A stretch of DNA of 64,000 nucleotides. Origin: an uncultured Candidatus Binatia bacterium (lineage in GTDB: Bacteria > Desulfobacterota > Binatia > UBA9968 > CAXXLF01). Under the pieces are notes generated by a model, which saw only the letters and a program-made list of their open reading frames with translations, was not told the DNA's origin and ran no database searches. The translations under genes and the position numbers were made by a program. The first letter of the stretch is position 1. Each line of letters starts with the position of its first letter. Where the stretch lies: NCBI GenBank assembly GCA_965218425.1, contig OZ244621.1, positions 1,824,001 through 1,888,000 of the forward strand, in the 5' to 3' direction. Below, in pieces: positions 40,215-50,858 of the stretch.

Positions 40215-40851
40215 TCCAAAATATAACAGAACAATGCACTGCCTGGTGATTCTTGGGGTGGGATGCAGCCTAACGAGATAGATTTTGGATACTCAACGTG
40301 CGAAGTTTGCAAGCTGTGAGCTATTGAGACGAAAAAATTATTCGGGCGGATTATACCGCGCAGTGCTACGTGCCAATAATGGCCCCGTAGTCCCAGGAGC
40401 GATCAAACAAAGATAAACATTTCCAGCAGCAACTTAACCGGCTCGGTGGCCGCTCGACACAGTTCAAAACATCAAAAGCCTGGCCCCCACTGGTTTGCAG
40501 TGTTTGGAGAGGATATTGAAGAGTCTCCGAGAAAACGGTTTAGCAAGCTTGGATACCGGGAACAGGAAGATTCGGCTAGGGAGTCTTTCGGACCTATAAA
40601 ACCGCTAGTAGCAAGGGAAGTGCACCGCTTTTGGCTAAGGAAGGCACGGCTGGCAAGAGCTGTGGCCCTATTAAGAAACCTAGCGCGAAATTCGCAGAGA
40701 TGGTTGTACGCACTGAAAGTGGGCACAACCGGTTTTGAAGCGGTAAAGAACCAGATCAACGGGGTGAAATAACAAAGGGAGCAGTTAATGAGAATTGAAG
40801 TTGATACGGAAAACCGGCAGTTCGGATTTGATCTAATAACACCTTAGAAGA

Positions 40852-40873
40852 TCCCCGGACGTAAGTCCGGGGA
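40852..40873. repeat. Perfect 9-bp hairpin with GTAA loop (REP-like or terminator)
   Basis: TCCCCGGAC-GTAA-GTCCGGGGA. Confidence 0.5.
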
Positions 40874-40899
40874 AATTTACTTGACCTGGACGAAACATC

Positions 40900-41130
40900 A
40901 TGACCTTGACTGCCAATAGAGAAGTCATTGCTGATCCCGAAATTCAATCGGTCGCCCAACGGTTGGGTACTGGTTTCCCCCAAATAATTTTTCGGTTTGC
41001 CATGCAAATCGGGATGGTCCCGTTAACCGGAGCCACGAGCCAACAACATATGAGAGAAGACCTACAGGCGGAACAGCTTTCACTCTCCACCGAGGAAATT
41101 TTCGTATTGAAACCATCGCACTGTAAATAG
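40900..41130 (+). pseudogene. C-terminal remnant of an aldo/keto reductase
   Basis: LTAN..AQRLG..QIIFRFAMQIGMVPLTGATSQQHMREDL..LSTEEI; N-terminal portion absent. Confidence 0.7.
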
Positions 41131-41225
41131 AAAAATGCCGTGGTGGAGTCAGGGATCGAAGCATCCCGGGAGTAGCTACCGACTTTCGATCCACGCTTGG
41201 GTCTTTTGGATAAACCAGGCTAGAC

Positions 41226-41622
41226 TCATAGGCAGGATGCGGGGCTGTGGTATTCAATCGCGCCCGCGTCATCGGGATATTCGGTGTGCCATGCATTGCT
41301 AGATGAGGTGTCCATGATGTGTATGTGAACTGTCTCCCCGCCATTTTCCAATCGATACTTGGTAAAGCACACATCTTTGGAAAAAATTAAATCCATTGGT
41401 CAACAGATCAGAATGGTTTGCCGGATAGCTTTGGTTTGCCACGAAATAGTTCTCGATCGCAGTCAGAGCGCTCTTGAGATCCGACTTTGCGGTAGTGTGG
41501 TAGGCTTGATTCTTGTAGTCGCGGTATTGCGTAATTGCTATGGCAGCCAGTATGGAGAGGATTGCTATGGCCACCAGCAACTCGATCAAGGTAAAACCAA
41601 ACTCTTTGTTTAGCCTCCCCAA
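41226..41622 (-). pseudogene. Type IV pilin (prepilin cleavage/methylation motif) with a +1 frameshift in a T6 tract
   Basis: G|FTLIELLVAIAILSILAAIAI; removing one T at 41381-41386 gives NFSKDVCFTK..HSPASCL* with a C-terminal Cys pair. Confidence 0.8.
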
Positions 41623-41930
41623 TTCTTAAGCCTCTTGCGGATCAATAAGGCGACAATCAACTGATCTTCCCGGTTCTTGAGTAACCAATGCGGCCCCGTC
41701 GAAGCAACCCTTTTTCCTAGGTTCGCTTTTTTAGGACCCGTGAATATTGGAGGATGAAACAACAAAGGTGCGAGACAGAACAACATAAGCGGATCGAGAC
41801 TGATCTAGCCCCAGTCTCACGGCTTGAGGGTTAATTGATATTTCGCATTAATCCAAGGGGAGTCAATTTAATGATCCTGTCGATAGGATCCAGACGAGAA
41901 AGTTAGGCTGTGCCGGGCTTGAGGACTAAC

Positions 41931-43124
41931 CTATTTCCGGTAAAACTCAGCGATCCTCTGAACGACCGTATCCTGCTGCTCTGGGGTGAGCTCCGGATAC
42001 ATGGGCAGGGCGAGCGCCTGCGTGGAGACGAGTTCTGAGATGGGCAGGTCACCCTGATGGTAGCCCAGGTATTCAAAACTGGGTTGGAGGTGGAGGGGGA
42101 GGGGGTAGTATACGAGGGTTTGAATGCCCTGCTTGGCTAGATGCTGCTTGAGTTCGTCCCTCCGCTCTGCCCGGATGACGTAATAATTGTAAATATGGGA
42201 CCGCTCGGTGCCTGAGAAAGGGAGGAGAATTTTCTTTTTCATCACCAGTCCACCGGAAGAAAAAAGATCTTTATAGTATCGGGCATGTTGGATTCTCTGT
42301 TCACACCACTGGTCCAAGTAACGAAGCTTGACTTGCAGTATGGCCGCCTGAAGGGCGTCCAATCTCGAATTGATGCCCACGGCTTCGTGATAATACTTGG
42401 TCCCCTGTCCATGAACCCTAAGCTTCCTAATCCTCTCGACCAGTGATTCGTCGTTGGTTGCCGCCAGCCCCCCGTCGCCGAATCCTCCTAGGGATTTGGT
42501 TGGGAAGAAAGAAAAGCAACCCAGGTCTCCTATGGTACCGGCCGCCCTTGGTTCCCCTTTGCCCAGTTGGAGCTTGGAACCGAAGGCCTGGGCGACATCC
42601 TCTACAATTTTAAGCTTGTAACGATCGGCCAAGGCGAGAAGTTCACCCATGGGGCAGCATTGGCCAAAGAGGTGAACGGGCAAGACCGCTTTAATTTGAG
42701 TGTGGTTCCTGGGGGAACGGTTTTCCAAAAGGGTTTCCGCCTGTTTGGTGTCCAACAAGTAACTGTCAGGGTCAATGTCTACGAAGACAGGTGTTGCTCC
42801 TAAGCGCGTGATACAAGAGACGGAGGAGAAGAAGGTGAAGGTGGGGACCAGAACCGCGTCTCCCGGTCCGATTCCAAGGGCCATGAGTGAAAGAAGAAGC
42901 GCATCGGTTCCAGAGGCGACACCCACTGCGGAACGACACTCAAGATAAGTGGCCACCTGCTCTTCGAATTCACGCACCGTGGGCCCAAGGATAAAGGCCT
43001 GGGAGTCTAACACTGCTTCCATGGCCTCCAGGATCTCCCCACGAATATTTCGGTATTGAGCCTTGAGGTCCAAAAAAGGGATTTCCTGAAAGCTACTCTT
43101 ATGTTTTTTTACCGTCTCAGCCAT
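41931..43124 (-). CDS. DegT/DnrJ/EryC1/StrS aminotransferase
   Basis: IPFLDLKAQY, SGTDAL, EDVAQAFG, SFFPTKSLGGFGDGG, NSRLDALQAA. Confidence 0.95.
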   Translation of the reverse strand: MAETVKKHKSSFQEIPFLDLKAQYRNIRGEILEAMEAVLDSQAFILGPTVREFEEQVATYLECRSAVGVASGTDALLLSLMALGIGPGDAVLVPTFTFFSSVSCITRLGATPVFVDIDPDSYLLDTKQAETLLENRSPRNHTQIKAVLPVHLFGQCCPMGELLALADRYKLKIVEDVAQAFGSKLQLGKGEPRAAGTIGDLGCFSFFPTKSLGGFGDGGLAATNDESLVERIRKLRVHGQGTKYYHEAVGINSRLDALQAAILQVKLRYLDQWCEQRIQHARYYKDLFSSGGLVMKKKILLPFSGTERSHIYNYYVIRAERRDELKQHLAKQGIQTLVYYPLPLHLQPSFEYLGYHQGDLPISELVSTQALALPMYPELTPEQQDTVVQRIAEFYRK

Positions 43125-43215
43125 GAATGCATGCCGTCGAGTTAACTCCAATAAATCAACCTACGCACAGCACAGCAACCTTGTAACCATATGGGTTACT
43201 GTATGGGGGGTTGTT

Positions 43216-44607
43216 TCAGGATCTCTTTTTTGCTCCGTATGGTCTATCCTTCAGGGCCTCTTCGGCCGTTTCAGCTAACATTTGGTCGTTTTCGTGATCC
43301 AGGGCAAAGACCCGGAATTGGACCACTTTTGAAGGAATGAATTCAAAGAGGTCAGCAAGGGATTCCTTGGCGATCTCTCGAGTGGACGGATCGAAGATGT
43401 AGATCTGTTTCTTGCCCATGGCAAAGGGACTCTCCGGCCTCGGATCTTGTGTGGCCATGTCCACGCGAAAGACCACGGAACGCGCCGAGGGGGGAAGAGT
43501 ATCGAGGATTCGTTTTTCCCAATCCGTCCTTTCCACGGAGGTCGTTCCATAGTGCAACTCGTTCAATGACAGGGTTCGGTCATAGGCCATTTTCCATTTC
43601 ACGTCCCGGTCCAGGATTCTTCCCCACTCTTGAGCCAGTTCGCCGTTAGCTTTTTTTCCCCTGCGCCAGCGGGAGACCTCTTCCAACAACGACCAGTCGG
43701 TAAGGTAGAGGTACTGGTCCATGTGGTGGAGAGGGTTGCCGGGAAATATCCTGCGGATTGTCTCAGGAAATATTTCTCTTAAATGGAGGTCAATGGCCCG
43801 TGTGGTGCGGTGATAATAAACATTGGTGTAAAGATAGAGCCGAGCATTCAAAAACATAGTAAGTGCCGCGTTTCCAGCCTTGTGAAGGGTTAATCCCTTG
43901 GGGGAAAGGAAGGTATAGTGAATCAAACGGTCCCGGTCGATGGGTCCCACCGATACACCACACATATAAGAGTCCCTAGAGACATAATCGAGGTTGTCAA
44001 AAGTATAGATTCCGCTGGTCAGGGGCTGGAGGAGCCTGAGCCATTTGGGTTTAAGTTTATCCTCTTTTCCGTCCTTCTTGATGGGAAAGGCGATTTCCTC
44101 TGGTTTGAGCTCCTCACCCGGTGCAAAAGGACCGCTGGGGCTGCGGCGTAACTGGCGAATGAGCTGTCCAAGCTTGTCCCGAATGATAACCTGGCTAATA
44201 TCTTCGTGGATGATCCCGAAGTCCTCGAGAAAGTTGTGATCGAAGAAATGGCCGAAGGGGCCATGACCCACGTCGTGGAGGAGGCCGGTTATTCTTAAAT
44301 ACTCCTCGATGAAGGGTCCAGAAGGGCATTCGTGTCCCAAGATACGGCGAAGCGAGGGGTAGAGGTGTTTTGCGAATTCCCCAGCGAGGTGCATGGCTCC
44401 CAGGGAGTGTTGAAAACGGCTATGTTCCGCTGAGGGATAGACCCAGCGAGCGTTTTGGAGTTGATAGATATGACGAAGCCGTTGGACCCAGGGGGAATCC
44501 ATGATTTCTTTTTCAGTGATCTCCCCTTTCCTTTCGGGTACCGTAAACTGGATGTAACGGTGAATGGGATCGGCAATTAAAGCGGTTCCCTCGTATTGGC
44601 TTTCCAT
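43216..44607 (-). CDS. HD-domain phosphohydrolase (SAMHD1/dNTPase-like family)
   Basis: DPIH, QRLRHIYQL, HSRFQHSLG, LLHDVGHGPFGH, DNLDYVSRD, VYYH. Confidence 0.9.
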   Translation of the reverse strand: MESQYEGTALIADPIHRYIQFTVPERKGEITEKEIMDSPWVQRLRHIYQLQNARWVYPSAEHSRFQHSLGAMHLAGEFAKHLYPSLRRILGHECPSGPFIEEYLRITGLLHDVGHGPFGHFFDHNFLEDFGIIHEDISQVIIRDKLGQLIRQLRRSPSGPFAPGEELKPEEIAFPIKKDGKEDKLKPKWLRLLQPLTSGIYTFDNLDYVSRDSYMCGVSVGPIDRDRLIHYTFLSPKGLTLHKAGNAALTMFLNARLYLYTNVYYHRTTRAIDLHLREIFPETIRRIFPGNPLHHMDQYLYLTDWSLLEEVSRWRRGKKANGELAQEWGRILDRDVKWKMAYDRTLSLNELHYGTTSVERTDWEKRILDTLPPSARSVVFRVDMATQDPRPESPFAMGKKQIYIFDPSTREIAKESLADLFEFIPSKVVQFRVFALDHENDQMLAETAEEALKDRPYGAKKRS

Positions 44608-44626
44608 TCCTTGTATAGGTTTCCTC

Positions 44627-45046
44627 TCACAGTCCGAAGGTCGCCTGACCTGTCCACTGTTCTCCTGTTTTTCCCATGCGACATTGGTGGGCGACTACGG
44701 AACTAATCTCACACTGGATTTCGTGTCGGTCGGGATCGAATTTCTCTCCTCTGACCTCGGCTCGGACCGCGGGCCCCTTCATCTCGTGGATCTCAAATTC
44801 CTTGAGAATATAACCACTACCCTGGAAGAGATAGAGGAGTTCGCGCATCCAGTTCACCATCAATTCGTCGTCCACGCCTTCCACTTCCAAGGGGAGGCTT
44901 TCCTGCACTTCGACCTTATTGAGATCCGTCATGAGGTCAAACAGGGCAAAGGCCGACTGGGTGAGGACATCCTCCTGTGTCCTTGCGGAGACCCTTACTG
45001 CAAGGTCTGAGGAACGCTTTATCGTACGGTAACTCGGTTTGTCCAT
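44627..45046 (-). CDS. Archease family protein (divergent motifs)
   Basis: DLAVRV, AFALFDLM, LMVNWMRELLY, GEKFDPDRH; size and layout match archease. Confidence 0.8.
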   Translation of the reverse strand: MDKPSYRTIKRSSDLAVRVSARTQEDVLTQSAFALFDLMTDLNKVEVQESLPLEVEGVDDELMVNWMRELLYLFQGSGYILKEFEIHEMKGPAVRAEVRGEKFDPDRHEIQCEISSVVAHQCRMGKTGEQWTGQATFGL

Positions 45047-45086
45047 GATTCAGGCCTCTCCAACCATGATTGAGTGCACCCTCGCG

Positions 45087-45839
45087 TTAATTGATCCGAT
45101 TTATCAGGCTGGCCGCGAAACCGGCCCCAAAGCCGTTGTCAATGTTAACCACCGTCACGCCTGCCGCACAGGAGTTCAGCATACCCAGGAGAGCGGATAG
45201 GCCATGGAAACTCGCCCCGTATCCGACGCTGGTGGGGACTGCGATCACGGGTTTATCCACCATCCCGGCAACGACACTGGGCAAAGCCCCCTCCATACCG
45301 GCGACGACGATCAGGACGGAGGCGGAAAGGAGCCTCTCTCTGTTTTCCAGGAGGCGATGGATACCGGCTACTCCGACATCGAAAAGGCGTTTCACTTGAT
45401 TGCCCATCATTTCGCCAGTTAAAGCAGCCTCTTGGGCCACTGGAATATCGGAGGTGCCCGCACAGACTACCAGAATCTGTCCTTTTCCCTTAAGGGGAAT
45501 CCGTTTACCATTCCATGTGGCGGCTCGGGCGTCCTCATGATACTGCAAACCCTTGGTTTTTTTTTTGAGGGCCGTCATTTTTTCCGGTGAGAGACGAGTA
45601 ATCAGGACATTGGTGCCGCGCTTTTGCATAGCACGAGTGATTGCAGCAATGGCACTGACAGGCTTGGACTCTCCCAAGATTACCTCGGGGAATCCTTGTC
45701 TCAAAGACCGGTGGTGATCCACCTTGGCGAAACCTAGATCTTCATAGGGCAGGTGGTTCAATCTCTTGAGCGCTCGGTCCACGCTCACCCGGCCTTTACG
45801 AACTCCCTCTAAGAGTTCCGCAAGCCTTTCGGTGTCCAT
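45087..45839 (-). CDS. larB: Nickel pincer cofactor biosynthesis protein LarB
   Basis: FAKVDHHRSLRQGFPEVI, AGTSDIPVA, DVGVAGIHR, VAGMEGALPS, PTSVGYG, VNIDNGFGA. Confidence 0.95.
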   Translation of the reverse strand: MDTERLAELLEGVRKGRVSVDRALKRLNHLPYEDLGFAKVDHHRSLRQGFPEVILGESKPVSAIAAITRAMQKRGTNVLITRLSPEKMTALKKKTKGLQYHEDARAATWNGKRIPLKGKGQILVVCAGTSDIPVAQEAALTGEMMGNQVKRLFDVGVAGIHRLLENRERLLSASVLIVVAGMEGALPSVVAGMVDKPVIAVPTSVGYGASFHGLSALLGMLNSCAAGVTVVNIDNGFGAGFAASLINRIN

Positions 45840-45868
45840 CTCCTGTCCTTTCCTCGTTCTGCTAAGGT

Positions 45869-46903
45869 TTAGTTCGAGTGACGGTTCATAGCGATTGCAG
45901 GTGATAATCGACTCTTGAATTTGAAGTGATCATGACCCTTTTGCGGCAGGGCAAGCGGAGTTCCCTTGCCGTTGACTACCGTAATTCCGGCACGGGCGGG
46001 CACGCACCTCCCAATGTGAGTAACGGGTGCGCCCAATCGCTTGCGGATTCTTTGTAAACGAGCGCGATCCCTCGCCCGAAGGGAAAATAATAGCTCATAA
46101 TCTTCCCCCCCCGACAATGAGTACCTGATCCCTTTCCCGACGGCCAAGCGTCGATAAGGGCCCGAGAGAGGAAGTGCGTCTTGCCAGATAACGGCTCCCG
46201 TTTCGCTTGCCTTACACAGATGAGTCAAGTCCTGAATGAGGCCATCGCTTATGTCAATCATCGCCCTGGCGAGTTTTTCCTTCGCTAAGATGGCTCCCGC
46301 CTTCACACGGGCGGTAGGGAAGCGATGGCGGGAAATCAGGTAGGTGACATCATCTCTCCTGAGCCTCCCTTTAGATTTCCTGAGAAGATCCAATCCTAAG
46401 GACGAGTCTCCCAGGGTTCCGGTCACATACAGATCATCCCCCACCTTCGCCCCGCCCCGAGTGACGGGTCCGTAGGGCGCATGCCCAACAAGAAAGGCAC
46501 TGATGAAAAATCGATTGGCAGAGCTGGTATCCCCTCCCACAAGGGACACCCCACTCTGGGCTGCCAACGTTCTTATCCCCCGGTAGAATTCTTCTACTTC
46601 TTCCACCTTGAAGTCAACGGGTATGCCCAAAGAAATGACCAGATAATCGGGGGCCCCTCCCATGGCGGCTATATCGCTCAGGTTTACAGAAAGGGTTTTG
46701 TGACCCAGTTCATAGAAGGAGGTCCAGTTGAGGTCAAAATGTACGCCTTCGATCAGCAGATCCGATGTGAAAAGAAGGGGAGCCCTCTTTGATCTCACCC
46801 AAGCGGCATCGTCTCCTATTCCAAGGACCACTCCTGTGCCTTTCGAGGTGAATTTTTTGATCCTCTCGATAAGGCCAAACTCCCCTATCTCTCGCAACTT
46901 CAT
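45869..46903 (-). CDS. thiL: Thiamine-monophosphate kinase
   Basis: GEFGLI, GIGDDAA, NLSDIAAMGG, GGDT, IDISDGL, GGEDYELLF. Confidence 0.97.
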   Translation of the reverse strand: MKLREIGEFGLIERIKKFTSKGTGVVLGIGDDAAWVRSKRAPLLFTSDLLIEGVHFDLNWTSFYELGHKTLSVNLSDIAAMGGAPDYLVISLGIPVDFKVEEVEEFYRGIRTLAAQSGVSLVGGDTSSANRFFISAFLVGHAPYGPVTRGGAKVGDDLYVTGTLGDSSLGLDLLRKSKGRLRRDDVTYLISRHRFPTARVKAGAILAKEKLARAMIDISDGLIQDLTHLCKASETGAVIWQDALPLSGPYRRLAVGKGIRYSLSGGEDYELLFSLRARDRARLQRIRKRLGAPVTHIGRCVPARAGITVVNGKGTPLALPQKGHDHFKFKSRLSPAIAMNRHSN

Positions 46904-47034
46904 TTACCCCGTACCACCTGTCCAGAGCCACCAAGTCGAACGATAAGACGTCCTGCGCAAGACGGGGTGCATGTTTTGGATTTCCCCAAAGGGTAGTGTC
47001 CTAGAGCCCCGGACAAAGTTCCGTGGTACAGGGT

Positions 47035-49527
47035 TTAAGGCCTGAGGGGAAGGATCCTCTCTCTGCGCACCTTTGCCTGGTTTTGCCCCCTCTTTTTAAA
47101 TCGTTTTTCCTTGGCTGGCGTCAAGGGTTTTTCTTTAGCCGAGACTCTAGCAGTTTTCTCCCGCTTGGGTACAAGCGCGCAATCCAGGACGTCCCACATG
47201 GTCTTAGCGGTCACGAACCGCAGCCGGCGTCGTAGCGGCTTTGGGATTTCATCCAAGTCCTTCTCGTTGCGGTCGGGGATAATAATGGTTTTGATTCCCG
47301 CTCGGTAGGCCGCCAGGCATTTTTCCTTTAGGCCGGCAATGGGTAAGACTCTACCCCGCAGGGTTATTTCGCCCGTCATGGCCACGCCTCGACTGACAGC
47401 CCTTCGGGTGAGCGCTGAAATGAGGGCAGTGCCCATGGTGATGCCGGCGGAGGGTCCGTCCTTGGGAATGGCTCCGGCTGGGACGTGAATGTGGATGTCC
47501 AGTTTTTGGTAGAAGTCCTCTTCGATGCCAAGTTTCTTAGCCTGCGAGCGGGCGTAGCTCACCGCAGCCTGGGCCGACTCCTTCATGACATCCCCTAGTT
47601 GACCTGTCAGTGTAAGGGTACCTTTCCCCTTGGACAGGGATGCCTCCACATGGAGGATCTCTCCACCCACGCTGGTCCAAGCGAGCCCAACGGCAACACC
47701 GACGTCGCTTTGTTCCGCCTCTGTTTCAGGAATATACTTCGGTGGTCCCAAGTAAAGGTGGATATTTCCACGTGTGACACGGGTAAACTCTTTTTTCCCT
47801 TCGGCAACTTTGCGTGCGACCTTTCGGCAAATGGAAGCGATTTCACGCTCAAGATTTCTTAGCCCTGCCTCCTTTGTATACTGGGCGATGGTACGCAGGA
47901 GCGCATCATCTGAAATGTCTAAAATTTCAGCGGAAATCCCGTTGGCTTCCAGCTGTCTGGGAATGAGATAGGTGCAGGCGATTTCTAGCTTCTCTTCGTT
48001 GGTATACCCAGATAGGGAAATGATTTCCATACGGTCCCTCAGGGTGGTAGGGATGGGATCGAGCATATTTGCGGTACAAATCATCAACACGTTGGAAAGG
48101 TCAAAGGGGAGATTCAGGTAATGATCGCTGAAGGCGTGATTCTGCTCGGGGTCCAACACCTCCAGAAGGGCCGCGGATGGGTCCCCCCGAAAGTCGGTTC
48201 CAATTTTATCGATTTCGTCCAACATGAAAACAGGGTTTTTGGACCCCGCTTGTTTGATCCCCTGAATGATTCTGCCAGGCAACGCCCCCACATAGGTTCG
48301 TCTGTGTCCCCTGATCTCTGCCTCATCCCGGATGCCGCCCAGGGAAACACGGGTGAAATTTCTTCTCAGGGACCTGGCTATGGATTTCCCTAGGGAAGTC
48401 TTTCCCACCCCCGGTGGTCCCACGAAGCAGAGGACGGGTCCTTTGAGCTTCTTTTTGAGCTTGTTGACGGCCAGGTATTCGAGGATTCGTTCCTTGACTT
48501 TCTCCAGATCGTAGTGGTCCTCGTCGAGGACCTTTTTGGCCACTTGGATATCTAGGTTGTCTTTGGTCTGTTTACTCCAAGGAAGATCCACGATCCAGTC
48601 CATATAGGTACGGACGAGGGATGCCTCAGAGGACTCGGGATGCATTTGTTCCAGACGTTTTAATTGTTTTTCGGCTTCCCGTTTCACTTCTGAGGGCATT
48701 TTGCCCTTTTCGATTTGTTTTCTTAGCTCGTTGAGTTCTTCGGTTCGCTCGTCACCTTCGCCTAATTCCTGATGGATCTGCTTGAGCTGTTCCCTTAAGA
48801 AATACTCTCGCTGGGTCTTACTTATCTCCTCCTTTGCCTGATTTTGGATCTGGGCCTGCATGGTGGACAGTTCCAGTTCACGGCTGAGGAGCTCGTTAAC
48901 TTTTTTCAGTCGATCCAGCGGGTCAAAGATTTGCAGGATACTCTGGCTCTCTTCAATCTTTAAACGTAGATTGGAGGCCACCAGGTCCGCCAAGACGCCA
49001 GGGTCGCTCACGTTGTCCGTGACCATGGTAATTTCAGGAGGAAGGCTCTTGAGGTTCAAGATCTGCTCGATTTTTTCCTTCACGTTGCGCATCAAGGCCT
49101 CCACCTCGATGGAAACCTCCGGCGCCGAAGGTTCGATGACCTTGCGGATGGTTACTTCAAAAAACGGGTTTTCTTTGAGAAAGTTTTGAACCTCTCCCTT
49201 GGCGAGCCCCTGTACGAGGATTTTGACTTTGCCGTCGGCTAGCTTCAACATGCGCAGAATGGTGGCCACGGTCCCAACCTCGTAAATATCCTTTGGGGCA
49301 GGGTTGTCCTGCGCCGAGTTCATTTGAGCCACGAGAAAAATGAGGCGGTCCCGCGCAAGGGCCTCTTCCACGGCGCGAATGGAGAGGTCTCTCCCCACAA
49401 AAAGCGGCAGCATCATATAGGGATAGATTACGATGTCGCGTATGGGCAAGAGTGGGATGACATCGGGGATCTCGGCGGGAGGATCTTTCCAATCCTGGCT
49501 TTCAGGGTTGTCTGCTATTTCGTTCAT
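47035..49527 (-). CDS. lon: Endopeptidase La
   Basis: GPPGVGKTS Walker [14 protein letters not shown] Ser, [14 protein letters not shown]. Confidence 0.99.
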   Translation of the reverse strand: MNEIADNPESQDWKDPPAEIPDVIPLLPIRDIVIYPYMMLPLFVGRDLSIRAVEEALARDRLIFLVAQMNSAQDNPAPKDIYEVGTVATILRMLKLADGKVKILVQGLAKGEVQNFLKENPFFEVTIRKVIEPSAPEVSIEVEALMRNVKEKIEQILNLKSLPPEITMVTDNVSDPGVLADLVASNLRLKIEESQSILQIFDPLDRLKKVNELLSRELELSTMQAQIQNQAKEEISKTQREYFLREQLKQIHQELGEGDERTEELNELRKQIEKGKMPSEVKREAEKQLKRLEQMHPESSEASLVRTYMDWIVDLPWSKQTKDNLDIQVAKKVLDEDHYDLEKVKERILEYLAVNKLKKKLKGPVLCFVGPPGVGKTSLGKSIARSLRRNFTRVSLGGIRDEAEIRGHRRTYVGALPGRIIQGIKQAGSKNPVFMLDEIDKIGTDFRGDPSAALLEVLDPEQNHAFSDHYLNLPFDLSNVLMICTANMLDPIPTTLRDRMEIISLSGYTNEEKLEIACTYLIPRQLEANGISAEILDISDDALLRTIAQYTKEAGLRNLEREIASICRKVARKVAEGKKEFTRVTRGNIHLYLGPPKYIPETEAEQSDVGVAVGLAWTSVGGEILHVEASLSKGKGTLTLTGQLGDVMKESAQAAVSYARSQAKKLGIEEDFYQKLDIHIHVPAGAIPKDGPSAGITMGTALISALTRRAVSRGVAMTGEITLRGRVLPIAGLKEKCLAAYRAGIKTIIIPDRNEKDLDEIPKPLRRRLRFVTAKTMWDVLDCALVPKREKTARVSAKEKPLTPAKEKRFKKRGQNQAKVRRERILPLRP

Positions 49528-49634
49528 AAATCTCCTTATAACAACGTTAACTCGGGCCCGTTGTCCGCGTCAAGAAAATATCATTCAACCACGGTAGACA
49601 AACGGTCGGAGGGATGGTCAATGGGGACAGGAAA

Positions 49635-50750
49635 TTATCCAAATATTTCCTTAACTTTCTCGAAAAAACCCTTAGAGAGGGGGTGAATCTCCTCTCCGCC
49701 CAGCGCGGCGAATTCCTTTAAAAGCTCCTTTTGCCTGGCTGTGAGGTGGGTGGGTGTCTCTATACTGACCCGGACATGTTGGTCTCCCTGATGATAGCTG
49801 TGGACTTCTTTTAACCCTTTTCCTTTAAGGCGGAATACTTTACCGGACTGAGTTCCATAGGGGACCTTCAACTTTACCTTTCCGTGCAAGGTGGGGACCT
49901 CAATCTCTGCCCCCAACGCAGCCTGATGAAAACTGATGGGGACTTCGCAAACGATTTCCAGACCGTCTCGGACGAAAATCGGGTGAGGCTGGACATTGAT
50001 CGCCACGTAAAGATCTCCAGAGGGCCCCCCCAGTGACCCGCTCTCACCCTCCCCGCGCAGTTTAAGGAGAGAACCAGTATCAACGCCGCCAGGGATTTTC
50101 ACTCCGAGTGTATGGAACTTACGTACCTTTCCGGCCCCCTTACAGGTGGGGCAAGGATCCCCAATGATGGTTCCCTGCCCTCGGCACTGGCTACAGGTCC
50201 GTGAGACACTAAAAAAACCCTGTTGGAAACTGACCTGCCCTCTCCCGTGGCAAGTGGAACAAGTCCGAGGCGAGGTTCCAGGCTTCGAACCGCTGCCTTT
50301 GCAGGTTTCACAGTTGCTGTGCCGCGGAATCTTGATTTTCTTTTCTGTCCCAAAGGCCGCTTCTTCGAAACTGATGTCCAGATTGTAGCGTAGGTCCTCC
50401 CCACGTTGGGATCGAGCGCGGCGCCTCCCGGTGCCGCTGCCGAAAAAGTCGCCGAATATGTCTCCAAAGATGTCTTCGAAACCAGAGCTAAAATCAAAAC
50501 CTGCTCCGAAAGGACTGCCGCCGTCGAAGGCGGCATGCCCGAACTGGTCGTATTGGGCCCTCTTTTCCGGGTCGGCGAGGACCTGGTAGGCCTCTGAAAC
50601 CTCTTTGAACTTCTCCTCGGCCTGCTTGTCTCCCGGGTTTTTGTCGGGATGGAACTTTAACGCAAGCTGGCGGTAGGCCTTCTTAAGTTCATCATCATTG
50701 GCGTTACGACCCACGCCAAGCAGATCATAATAGTCCTTTTTCGCGTTCAA
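49635..50750 (-). CDS. dnaJ: Chaperone DnaJ
   Basis: HPDKN J domain, G/F region, four CxxCxGxG repeats. Confidence 0.99.
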   Translation of the reverse strand: MNAKKDYYDLLGVGRNANDDELKKAYRQLALKFHPDKNPGDKQAEEKFKEVSEAYQVLADPEKRAQYDQFGHAAFDGGSPFGAGFDFSSGFEDIFGDIFGDFFGSGTGRRRARSQRGEDLRYNLDISFEEAAFGTEKKIKIPRHSNCETCKGSGSKPGTSPRTCSTCHGRGQVSFQQGFFSVSRTCSQCRGQGTIIGDPCPTCKGAGKVRKFHTLGVKIPGGVDTGSLLKLRGEGESGSLGGPSGDLYVAINVQPHPIFVRDGLEIVCEVPISFHQAALGAEIEVPTLHGKVKLKVPYGTQSGKVFRLKGKGLKEVHSYHQGDQHVRVSIETPTHLTARQKELLKEFAALGGEEIHPLSKGFFEKVKEIFG

Positions 50751-50782
50751 TTGTAAATTCCCCTTGAAGGATCTTATATAAC

Positions 50783-50824
50783 AAAAAAAGCCCCTCTCCT
50801 GAAACGACCGGGAGCAGGGGCTTT
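50783..50824 (-). terminator. Rho-independent terminator between dnaK and dnaJ
   Basis: Minus strand AAAGCCCCTGCTCC..GGAGAGGGGC followed by T7. Confidence 0.8.
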
Positions 50825-50858
50825 AAATTACTTTAAGGAAAGCTTGTCCCGTCCCGCT

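Noticed and set aside
40446..40772. 108-aa ORF as a third gene of the R-M module
   Set aside because: No motif or clear SD; lies among debris; cannot be supported
43216..44607. HD protein as an anti-phage dNTPase
   Set aside because: Embedded in a housekeeping-type operon; no defence context
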